DNA of 64,000 nucleotides from Christensenellales bacterium (GTDB taxonomy: Bacteria > Bacillota > Clostridia > Christensenellales > UBA1431), in contig JAXGQA010000001.1 of assembly GCA_040766645.1 (NCBI GenBank), positions 23,506 to 87,505 of the forward strand, read 5' to 3'. The notes beneath the pieces were generated by a model. That model had not been told where the DNA came from. It saw only the letters and a program-made list of their open reading frames with translations, and ran no database searches. Made by a program: the position numbers and the translations under genes. Positions 56,018 through 64,000 of the stretch are shown here, piece after piece. Each line of letters begins with the position of its first letter. Within the stretch, counting starts at the first letter, position 1.

Positions 56018-56886
56018 TTCTCTTCCTCCCCGGCCCGCATGCTCCTGTTGAAAGCCGCGAGCGCCACCTCCAGCATTTCCGGGTCGGGTTCGCGCGTGGT
56101 CAGACGCTGCAGCTGGGTCCCCGGAAAACGCATCGCCCGCCAGAAGGCGGACTCGTGCCGCGCGGCCAGCCGGAGCATCTCGTACGCGAGGCCCATGACC
56201 ACCGGCAGCATCAGGAGCCTTATGCCGGTCCGCGCGTACCACGCGCCGCTCCATCCGAAGACCGCGAACACAAGAATACTCAGCACCACCACCAGCAGGA
56301 GGTATCCTGTGCCGCAACGCGGGTGCAGCCGCGGGCAGGCCGCCGCGTTCTCGGCGGTGAGGGCCAGCCCCCGCTCGTAACAGTGCACGACCTTGTGCTC
56401 CGCGCCGTGGTACATGAACACGCGCCGTATGTCCCGCATGCGGGAGACGGCGATAAGATAAAAAAGGAACAGCGCCAGCCGCAGCAGTCCTTCCGCCAGG
56501 TTCAAAAGCAGCGGGTCGGGTATGAACGCGGCCATATAGCCCGCAGCGACGGTAGGGAGGGCCACGAAGACCGCGAGCGCTATCACGATGGCCAGCAGGG
56601 CGGCGAACGTCCCGCTCTCCTCCCCGATATCGTCCGGGTAGGCCAGCCGCGCCGAGCGGTTGATGGCGCGCATGCCCACGGACAGCATCTGGCCCATCCG
56701 CCATATGCCCCGGACGAACGGCCAGTTGCGCCAGTTGCGCGAAGAGAGCGCCGGCGGGTGGCTGAAATCCTCCACGTGGATGGAGCCGTCGGGCACGCGC
56801 ACGGCCAGCGCCGTCACCGTGGGCGACTGCATAAGCACGCCTTCTATTACCGCCTGACCCCCGATGTATACTTTTTCCAATGCCAT
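56014..56886 (-). CDS. DUF1385 (YqhQ-like) membrane protein
   Basis: 290 aa beginning YIGGQAVIEGVLMQSP, with ...YHGAEHKVVHCYE. It occupies the usual slot between rpmE and prmC. Confidence 0.85.
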   Translation of the reverse strand: MALEKVYIGGQAVIEGVLMQSPTVTALAVRVPDGSIHVEDFSHPPALSSRNWRNWPFVRGIWRMGQMLSVGMRAINRSARLAYPDDIGEESGTFAALLAIVIALAVFVALPTVAAGYMAAFIPDPLLLNLAEGLLRLALFLFYLIAVSRMRDIRRVFMYHGAEHKVVHCYERGLALTAENAAACPRLHPRCGTGYLLLVVVLSILVFAVFGWSGAWYARTGIRLLMLPVVMGLAYEMLRLAARHESAFWRAMRFPGTQLQRLTTREPDPEMLEVALAAFNRSMRAGEEEK

Positions 56887-56982
56887 TCTCCCATATTACA
56901 GCAATAACACTATGCCCGCCGCGCGCCGCGCAAACGGGAATAGTGTTATATCCTGATGCAGCCCAGGGTGTCTGCGGGCAAA

Positions 56983-57180
56983 TTACAGGCTGTACCTGCG
57001 CTTGAAACGGTCAACGCGCCCGCCCGTATCCACCAGCTTCTGCTTGCCCGTAAAGAACGGGTGGCACTTGGAGCATATCTCCACGCGAATCTCCTTTTTG
57101 GTGGACCCTGTTTCAAACGTCTCGCCGCATGCGCAGCGGACCGTACATTTCTGATATTCGGGATGGATTCCCTCTTTCAT
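56983..57180 (-). CDS. rpmE: 50S ribosomal protein L31 (Cys-containing zinc-ribbon form)
   Basis: Starts at ATG 57180 with [27 protein letters not shown]...[13 protein letters not shown]. Confidence 0.95.
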   Translation of the reverse strand: MKEGIHPEYQKCTVRCACGETFETGSTKKEIRVEICSKCHPFFTGKQKLVDTGGRVDRFKRRYSL

Positions 57181-57354
57181 CGGTTTCAACTCCCAGTCGC
57201 TTCGTTAACAGACTATATTATACCATACCCTTTTTATAAATCAAGGAAAAAACATCCCGTCCCCGAAAAAGGATAAATCCCCAAAAAGGCCGCGGAACCG
57301 GCGTCCGGATCGCTGGTCCCGCAGCAGGGTGTGGATGTAGCCGTAAATCAGGGA

Positions 57355-58074
57355 TCAGCCCTTGTAGGCAGGAACCAGCCCGATGGAGCGCATCTGGTCC
57401 AGCGCGTCTATTATCTCGGGCGCGGCACGCGTGCCGATGAGGTCGGCGCCGGCCAGCAGGAAGGTATAGGCGTTCTGCGGGCGCGGATATTTAACGCCGG
57501 ACACCTTGAGCTTGACGCCCGTGCCTTCAAGCGTTTCCTTCATCTTCAAAAACTGGTTCATGTCCAGGCCATCGAACTGGCCCGTGCCCGTCTTGGCGTA
57601 GTCGATACCCGCTTCTGCAATGAGCTTGCATGCGATCTCGATTTCCTCAAGGGTGGCGAAGCAGAACTCGATGATGGCCTTGGTCAGGTTCCCCTGCGCC
57701 GCCGCCTTGAAGTCCTTGAGCTCCTGCAGCACGACGTCGTACATCCTGGAGCGCAGCGCGCTCATGTTGATGGAGATGTCCAGCGACTGACAGCCGGCCT
57801 TGACCGCCTGCTCGGTCTCGAACGCCTTGACCACGCTGGGCGACGTTCCCCACGGAAAGTCGATGCCCACCGCTATCAGCACATCCGAGCCGGCAAGCTC
57901 CTCCCTGGCGACGGGCGTCCAGAAATACGAGTTGGTATAGTATGCGGCGCAGTTGTACTTCACGGCGTCCCGCGCGCCCTTGCGCACGTCGTCCTCGGTG
58001 ATGTTCTTGGGCAAAAGAGCCAGGTCGAACAGCTTACCGATCGACTTTTTATCATACGTCGACAGATCTACCAT
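57355..58074 (-). CDS. DeoC/LacD-type class I aldolase (deoxyribose-phosphate aldolase family)
   Basis: 239 aa TIM-barrel-like protein with the lysine contexts LTKAIIE and DYAKTGTG. Confidence 0.6.
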   Translation of the reverse strand: MVDLSTYDKKSIGKLFDLALLPKNITEDDVRKGARDAVKYNCAAYYTNSYFWTPVAREELAGSDVLIAVGIDFPWGTSPSVVKAFETEQAVKAGCQSLDISINMSALRSRMYDVVLQELKDFKAAAQGNLTKAIIEFCFATLEEIEIACKLIAEAGIDYAKTGTGQFDGLDMNQFLKMKETLEGTGVKLKVSGVKYPRPQNAYTFLLAGADLIGTRAAPEIIDALDQMRSIGLVPAYKG

Positions 58075-58159
58075 GGGTTTCCCATCCTTTCGATTGTTCT
58101 ACCGTACCTATCATATACTATATAAACGCCTTGCGTCAACATGTATATGCATGTCAGGC

Positions 58160-58186
58160 CAAGAAAAAGGGCCGCGCGGAGCGGCC
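58160..58186 (-). terminator. intrinsic terminator about 255 nt downstream of the rho stop
   Basis: The minus-strand RNA reads GGGCCGC-UCCGC-GCGGCCC followed by UUUUUCUU. Confidence 0.7.
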
Positions 58187-58272
58187 CGGTCAAGTGCCGG
58201 TTCTTCCTCCCCCTGTTCTGAGCAGGGTTTTTTCGCAGAGCAAGGAACGCATCTTCGCGAAACGGAGCACAC

Positions 58273-58386
58273 GCATCCGGGAACCCGCAAAGCCAAAGGC
58301 CTTGAGGGAAGAAGCCATGACGCAGCGCCTAAGACTTGCCGCAAGCGGCAAGTCGAAAAATACGAAGTCCATGGCGACGGGGTGAC
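58273..58386 (+). repeat. GC-rich structured intergenic element, copy B (shares colinear words with 24756-24918)
   Basis: Read on the plus strand: GCATCCGGGAACCCGCAAAGCCAAAGGCC..GGGAAGAAGCC..GACGCAGCG ... GGGGTGAC. The exact 12-mer GCAAAGCCAAAG (58287-58298) equals the reverse complement of 24865-24876. GGGGTGAC occurs at 58379-58386 and at 24763-24756. Confidence 0.35.
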
Positions 58387-58440
58387 TGCGGCGCGCACGA
58401 AGCGCTCTGGCGTCAGGGGCGAAAAAGACGCCCCCGCGTG

Positions 58441-60047
58441 TCAGCGGCCCAGCTTGTAGCCTTCCTTCTCCCAAATGGTCAGCCACTCGCGCAGGCGCTG
58501 TAGGAATTCCTCGTTGGAATCGGTGCGCACCAGCATGCTGATAAGCTGCTCGGTCACCTCGGCGGTGGACCCGGTGCTCAGTACCCGGCGCATGGCCCAT
58601 ATGCCCTCAAACTCCTGCTGATTCAAAAGGAGATCTTCGCGGCGCGTGCCCGACTTGTTGAGGTCGATGGCCGGGAATATGCGCTTCTCGCTCAGGCGGC
58701 GATCCAGATGTATCTCCATGTTGCCTGTGCCCTTGAACTCCTCGTAGATGATCTCGTCCATGCGGCTGCCCGTTTCCACCAGCGCCGTCGCGATGATGGT
58801 CAGGCTCCCGCCGTCCTCGATGTTTCGGGCCGCGCCGAAAAACGCTTGGGCTTGTGCAGCGCGCCGGGGTCGAGGCCGCCGGACAGCGTGCGGCCGGTGG
58901 GCGGTATGGTCAGGTTGTAGGCCCGGGCCAGCCGCGTGATGGAATCGAGCAGCACCACCACGTCCTTGCCGTGTTCGACCAGCCGCTGCGCGCGCTCCAA
59001 TACCATCTCGGCCACCCTGGTGTGGTGCTCGGGCAGCTCGTCGAAGGTCGAGTATATGACCTCGCCCTTTATGGAGCGCTGCATGTCGGTGACTTCCTCG
59101 GGCCGCTCGTCTATAAGAAGAACGATGAGCTCGACCTCAGGGTAGTTCAAAGAGATGCTGTTGGCTATCTTTTTCAAAAGGATGGTCTTGCCGGCCTTGG
59201 GCGGGGCGACGATCATGCCGCGCTGGCCCTTGCCGATAGGTGCGATGAGATCGATGATGCGGATGGCCAGGTCGCGCGAGAACTTCGGGTTCTCCAGCGT
59301 GAGGCGTTCGTTCGGATAGATGGGTATGAGAGTGTCGAAAGGCTTCCGGGCGATGGCTTTGTCCACGTCCTCGCCGTTAATGGCAGTGATGTACAAAAGG
59401 GCCAGCAGCTTTTCGCCTTCCTTGGTGGGGCGGGTCTTGCCGGTCACCTTGTCGCCGGTCTTGAGGTTGAAGCGACGTATCTGCGCGATGGAAACGTATA
59501 CGTCCCGGTTGCCGGGGAGATAGTTCACGCTCCGCAAAAAGCCGTAGCCGTCGGGGTGTACCTCCAGCACGCCCTCCGCGTCCCCGCAGTCCCCCGTGCT
59601 CAGAAGCTCGGGCACGGCGGGGTTGGATGTGCCGTATTCCTTATTGTAATAGCCTTCCTTGCGCGGGCGGTAGTTCCCCTGCGCGCCGTTGTTGTGCCGG
59701 GGACGGGAGGAAGCGGTGCGGTATGCGGGCACCGGGGCGGCGACGTTCTCGTCCCCGCGCTGCTCCTCCGTCTGGCGGGGCGCATAGCCTTCGGCCTGCG
59801 AGGCGTCCTCCGGCGCTTCCTCCTGCTTGGGCCTTCGGCCGCGCCTTGCGGGCGGCTTCCCGCTGTCTGCGGTTTCCGCCTGCGGCGGTGCGACGGAATC
59901 GTTCCCCGACGCGCGCAAAGCCGCTATCAGCGCATCTATGAGTTCGGCTTTCCTGTATTTTGCGATGGATTTGATGCCCGCCGCTTTTGCCAGCTCCCTC
60001 CGCTCGGCCAGTGATTTTTGCCGGAATTCCGAGGCTTCCAAGTGCAT
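58441..60047 (-). pseudogene. rho: transcription termination factor Rho with a long low-complexity N-terminal insertion, frameshifted as sequenced
   Basis: ATG 60047 follows AAGGAGG. It has a Rho_N domain, then about 110 aa of R/P/E/A/G-rich insertion, then the RNA-binding domain ([15 protein letters not shown]), P-loop APPKAGKT and ...GALHKPKRF. After that, [29 protein letters not shown]... continues in the frame of ORF 58441..58779. The frames join if the A5 run at 58838-58842 (T5 on the coding strand) were 6. Confidence 0.9.
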
Positions 60048-60269
60048 GTACCTCCTTGCGCCGCGCCTGAAAATGATTATGCGGTGCTTGCGGGCGAAAC
60101 TTTGCAAAGCCGGTCTGCACGTTTCGCCCAAGCAGCTGCCTTCGGCGCTGGCTGTTTATGATTCAATATGGATAAACTTTTTAATGCAGTTTTTTCAAAG
60201 GTCGGGGAAAAATGAAATGGCGATTCAAACGAAAAGTTTTTTCTTTAAAACGCTCGGACCTTTGGATTT

Positions 60270-60299
60270 ATTATAGCATCTTCCCCATGACCGCGTCAA
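60270..60299 (-). promoter_or_regulatory. candidate sigma-A promoter of rho (gives a 5' UTR of about 215 nt)
   Basis: On the minus strand: TTGACG (60299-60294), an 18-nt spacer ending in TGC, then TATAAT (60275-60270). This is an extended -10. Confidence 0.5.
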
Positions 60300-60390
60300 T
60301 AATATCGACAAACAGGTTTGCCTATATTATACCCGCGGACGCGGGGGCTAAACGTCTTTTATCCCGCGGGACCCAAAGGGCGGCGCCCCG

Positions 60391-60840
60391 TCAGCCCGGC
60401 GGGACGCTGCTGTTTTTCGAGCGGAAGCTGACCAGCAGTTGGTTGCTGGTGCGCAGCCCCTCCACGGACATCTCGTACTCGATGTCCACCTTGCCCTTCA
60501 GTGCGTCCGCGTCCATGTCGATGCCGAAATCGGTCGCGAACAGCTCCATGTTGATCTCGCCGAAGGGGGTCATGTACCGGCCGCGGTACGTTTTCCATTT
60601 TTCGAAGACGAAGTGCGCATTGTACGTACCGCTCCGTTCCAGCCTCATGCTCCTGTCGTTGAGCGTTATGCGCGTTGTCGTCCCTTCCATGCCCGAAAGC
60701 TCGCTTTCCTGATACTCCAATATATAGGACTGGTCGTCCTTATAAAAGCTCCCCTCGGTCACGAGTTCGAGCGTTCCTTCCTGTCCGTCCGGCATAAGCT
60801 GGTTGCCAACGATGGAGACGATGACATTGTTTTCATGCAT
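60391..60840 (-). CDS. DUF1934 (YwiB-like) beta-barrel protein
   Basis: ATG 60840 follows GAGGAGTGAGG. It contains LELVTEGSFYKDDQSYILEYQESE...TRITL.... Its usual position is upstream of rho. Confidence 0.75.
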   Translation of the reverse strand: MHENNVIVSIVGNQLMPDGQEGTLELVTEGSFYKDDQSYILEYQESELSGMEGTTTRITLNDRSMRLERSGTYNAHFVFEKWKTYRGRYMTPFGEINMELFATDFGIDMDADALKGKVDIEYEMSVEGLRTSNQLLVSFRSKNSSVPPG

Positions 60841-61001
60841 GCGCCTCACTCCTCAAGAGGGTATTATACACATTATAACATTTTATATTCTGCCCGCAAC
60901 AGCGGAAAACTCCGCCTGGGTTTCCGGGAATTGTATTCCGGCGCAGGGAATGATACACTTATTTATATACAATTGTCAAAAACGTGAAGGGGGGATTCGT
61001 C

Positions 61002-61412
61002 ATGTCATACGGCCATCCCAGATGGGCCGCCGTCAGGACGGCAAAAAAGCGCAACCTGCTCTGGACAGTGCTCGCAACGCTGTTTTTCCTGCTGGGCCTC
61101 GGGTTTTTGGCTGTCTTTGTCATCAACTACATCGGCGGACTGCAGCAGGGGGGCCACTACCTGGTTCTTATCATCTCGGGCAGCGCCTCGCCGTTCCTGA
61201 CGCTGTCCATTTTCAGCATGCTGTTGGGCGCGCTGCTCAAGGCGTGCGGCTATCTGGCTTCGCTGTCCTACGTCAAACTCAACGAACAACTGATACGTCC
61301 GGTCGCCGACGAGCACCAGCCGGCCGCGCCAGCCGTGGAAACACCGGCCTCATTAGGTGTGGACGAGGAGGACGACGAGGACGACGAAGAGGCCGCGCCC
61401 CCTGCGCTTTAG
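61002..61412 (+). CDS. hypothetical 3-TM membrane protein with acidic C-terminal tail
   Basis: ATG 61002 follows GAAGGGGGG. It has three hydrophobic segments and a tail reading VDEEDDEDDEE. Confidence 0.5.
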   Translation: MSYGHPRWAAVRTAKKRNLLWTVLATLFFLLGLGFLAVFVINYIGGLQQGGHYLVLIISGSASPFLTLSIFSMLLGALLKACGYLASLSYVKLNEQLIRPVADEHQPAAPAVETPASLGVDEEDDEDDEEAAPPAL

Positions 61413-61569
61413 CGTTTTTCAAAAACGGTGTATGCGCGTCCGCGCCGTTTTATGACGGCTCCGCGGGCGCAAAAGGCGCCGCAAAAGCGGCGCCTGTTGC
61501 TTTGTTGTTGGGAGGTATGTGTTGTATGGGTACACGCGCCGCCAAGGCGGCACGTGACGGGGCTTTACA

Positions 61570-62929
61570 TCACGAGGCTTCCCTCGTTGGTGATAACTGG
61601 AGTATTTCGGCTTCCTCGCCGTTCAGCGCGTCGATATACACCAGGAAATCCGTGCCGTCCTTCCTTATCGCGAACTCGTAGCACACCCGCTCGGTAAGAT
61701 CGTCCTTGGGGATGAGCGCCAGCCGCACGTTCCGGATGTCCAGCTCGGTGTTGAGGACGGCCTCCGCCTCCTCAGGCGAGAGGTTGACGTCCCTGAGCGT
61801 CCGCTCCTGATGGGCCATGATATAGTTGCGCGCATCCACGCCGGTGATCATGGAATCCTTTATCCGCACGCTGACCTTTATAAGGTCGGGATAGAGCAGT
61901 ACGCCGTCCTGCGTTGCCGCGAAGTTGATGACCGCGAGGCCGTCGTAATACTGGCTGTACGTCGCTACCATCCTTTGAAGCCGCGGTCGGCAAGATACTT
62001 CTGACCGGCCTTTTCCAGCTTGTCAAGCGTCTTGTCGTCGGGCACCACCGTTTCCCGGCGGGGGTATCCTGCGACATCATCAGGATTTTTCCGCCCTTCT
62101 TGGTCACGTAGACGTATATGTCCCCGCTTTCGTCCATCAGCTCCCCCTTGAATCCGTAACACTCGATGACGCCGCCCAAATCATTGATGCGGTCCAGCCT
62201 TTCGGTCTTGTCCTTTCCAATGTAGTCCAGGGCGTTTTGAGACGCGGTCTTTTCATTCACCGTCTTAAGTCCCTCGAGGCTCTTGGGCTTCATTTCGTCG
62301 CGGCTCTCCGAATACGGCCCGTCATAGATGAGGTGCGGATATTCGGTGTTGCCCTGCGCAAGCTTGGCCAGGGCGACGTCTCCCTCCTCCGGCATCCTGG
62401 TGTAGCCCTCGGTGGTCAGCCGTGCGAACTTCCCGCGGTTCTTTTCAAACTCCTCTTTCAGGGTGCCGCGCACCTTCACGCACATCTCCTGCAGGTCCTT
62501 GAGCTGTTTGAGGTCCTTGCTCTCCACCGGCGAGCCGGACGTCACCTTCTGCCCGAGCATGTAGCAGTAGTCCCCAAGGCGGGTGATGAAGGCCGAAAGA
62601 TCGCCCATGATCACCTGGGAAACGGGCAGCGTTTCCAGCGCAGCCTTAGTTTCCCCGGATTGCCGCCAAATATCCATCAATTGCAGCGTATATTGCCTGG
62701 ACGTGGATGTGACCTGCAGCTTCGCGAGCGAGGTCTCCAGATTCTCCAGGTCGTTCAGAAGCTCATTGTAGCCGCGGTCGTACCCGCTGTTGATCTGCTG
62801 GTCAAGGCTTTGGGCCGACACGGTGGTCACGCCAGCCCATATGATGGCCGCGATAAGGGCGGCGCCCATCACGACCACGACGATGCGTTCCCTGTGGTTT
62901 TTAAAGTCAAGCCGCTTGATAAGACCCAT
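61570..62929 (-). pseudogene. ypeB: germination protein YpeB, two frameshifts as sequenced
   Basis: The N-terminal 290 aa are in ORF 61772..62929 (...YVYVTKKGGKILMMSQDTPAG). Next comes ETVVPDDKTLDKLEKAGQKYLADRGFKG in ORF 61965..62162, then MVATYSQYYDGLAVINFAATQDGVLLYPD... in ORF 61570..61971. The shifts are at the C3 run 62054-62056 and at about 61971-61973. Confidence 0.8.
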
Positions 62930-62943
62930 ATTTTAACCTCCTC

Positions 62944-63651
62944 CTAACGGCAGAAGTTGTGTTCGCCTATCACCAGCAGCACAGGTTTGCTCAGCATGTA
63001 TTTGTTGCTGGTCTTGGCCGGGTTGTAATAGAACAGGCTCCCGTTGGAAGGATCCCAGCCGTTAAGTGCATCCCGGGCGGCGCGCAGGGCGTTCTGGTCC
63101 GGCGCAAGGTTGATCTGGCCGTCGCTGACGGCCGTAAAGGCGCCGGGCTGGTATATGACCCCCGCGATGGAATTGGGGAACTGCGCGCTGTCCACGCGGT
63201 TCAGGACCACCGCTGCGACCGCCACCTGTCCGATATACGGTTCGCCGCGCGCCTCGCCGTGCACCAGCTGCGCCAGCAGATAGACGTTGTTCGAACCGGT
63301 GCTGGAACTCCCGCCGGAAGTGCCCGAGGAAGCCCTGTTCAGGTTGACGCCCAGCTTGGCGGCCGTGGCCGGGCCGACCACGCCGTCAGGGGTGAGACCG
63401 TGCTTTTTCTGGAAATCCTGCACGGCATACATGGTCCGGTTGCCGAAAATGCCGTCTACGCTTCCCTTATAGTAGCCCCAGTCCTTGAGCTTTTGCTGTA
63501 TCTCCCTGACGAGGCTCCCGGTGCTGCCCGGCCGCAGCGACGCCGCTTCGATGCTCTGGTCGCTCTGTGTGGCCACGATGAACACGCAGATGAACAGCGT
63601 AGCCACGATGACGGCGATTATCTTATCCCTTTCGCGCAGGACCCGTTTCAT
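62944..63651 (-). CDS. sleB: spore cortex-lytic enzyme SleB
   Basis: It has a signal anchor and a PG-binding domain (VREIQQKLKDWGYYKGSVDGIFGNRTMYAVQDFQKKHGLTPDG). The hydrolase_2 domain follows (LLAQLVHGEARGEPYIGQVAVAAVVLNRV...QPGAFTAV). Confidence 0.9.
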   Translation of the reverse strand: MKRVLRERDKIIAVIVATLFICVFIVATQSDQSIEAASLRPGSTGSLVREIQQKLKDWGYYKGSVDGIFGNRTMYAVQDFQKKHGLTPDGVVGPATAAKLGVNLNRASSGTSGGSSSTGSNNVYLLAQLVHGEARGEPYIGQVAVAAVVLNRVDSAQFPNSIAGVIYQPGAFTAVSDGQINLAPDQNALRAARDALNGWDPSNGSLFYYNPAKTSNKYMLSKPVLLVIGEHNFCR

Positions 63652-63665
63652 TCTCGGTACCCCTC

Positions 63666-64000
63666 CTAATTAAACAGCCATTCCCACAGGATGGATGAAA
63701 AATGTATCCCGTTGACGTCGATCCCTCCGCTGCCGGCGGTATCCGGCGACGGGGATGGCGACGGCGAAGTTCCGGGCGTTCCTGCCGGCTGCGGCGTCTG
63801 TACAGCCGCGGCAGGCGCCGCGGTGATCCCGAGGTCTGACAGGCACAGCGGCGGGAATATCACGCACCACCAGTTGTGGCCGGACGCTTCGCCCAAAGAG
63901 ATCCTGAGCGCGTCGTACCTGCCTGCCGGGTATGTCTTGTCCCCGTAGACTTTGGCCGGGAAATCGTAAATCCCCATCCGGGCGGCGGCGCGGTATTGCG
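63666..64000 (-). CDS. spoIIR: stage II sporulation protein R, N-terminus outside window
   Basis: It contains YPAGRYDALRISLGEASGHNWWCVIFPPLC. The frame stays open through base 64000 (..QYRAAARMGIYDF..). Confidence 0.85.
   Translation of the reverse strand, partial: QYRAAARMGIYDFPAKVYGDKTYPAGRYDALRISLGEASGHNWWCVIFPPLCLSDLGITAAPAAAVQTPQPAGTPGTSPSPSPSPDTAGSGGIDVNGIHFSSILWEWLFN

Noticed and set aside
58306-58374. 22-codon ORF (MTQRLRLAASGKSKNTKSMATG) with a GAGGGAAG SD inside repeat copy B.
   Set aside because: No equivalent ORF exists in copy A (24756-24918). It may be fortuitous, so I do not call it as a gene.

Overview
High-GC Clostridia-type chromosomal segment from a spore former (sleB-ypeB, spoIIR and a GerMN lipoprotein are present). 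It is almost fully coding and mostly on the minus strand. I saw no rRNA, tRNA, CRISPR array or recognisable defence system. Main blocks, in order: mntP and a thioesterase; glnA; a USP / histidine kinase / response regulator operon; a near-complete shikimate supercluster (aroQ, aroE, then aroF-aroB-aroA-aroC-pheA-aroK); htrA; a Crp regulator with a NitT/TauT-type ABC importer; a lower-GC islet carrying a Cys-rich DUF2703-like protein and a SigZ/CorE-like ECF sigma factor; tadA; Gx-transporter / NusG_II / ApbE / rmuC; hydF with an aspartase homolog and a TM1266-like regulator; a MATE pump; hemerythrin; phosphoketolase; a nine-gene V-type ATPase operon; the rpiB-PTP-tsaC-ZIP-prfA-prmC-DUF1385-rpmE block; rho; and germination genes. 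Two degraded insertion sequences are present: an internally deleted IS481-like element upstream of glnA, and an IS256-family element with a broken transposase upstream of the aro operon. The most interesting signal is too short for the ORF track. It is a 36-codon leader ORF (MSQSCTTLFFWFNSFSRYFGYGYFWFTRKTSLALSG, 12 aromatic codons) followed by a strong intrinsic terminator directly upstream of the DAHP synthase gene. This is the architecture of a ribosome-mediated aromatic amino acid attenuator. The second main observation is that at least nine conserved genes, including rho, prmC, aroC and aroE, are frame-disrupted, mostly by single-base deletions in short homopolymers. That pattern suggests consensus errors rather than real gene decay. 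Other points worth a second look are orphan terminators and structured leaders upstream of glnA, a GNAT gene and the hemerythrin gene, and GC-rich palindromic intergenic elements that share sequence words. All calls come from reading the sequence and ORF translations by eye; no searches or folding were run.
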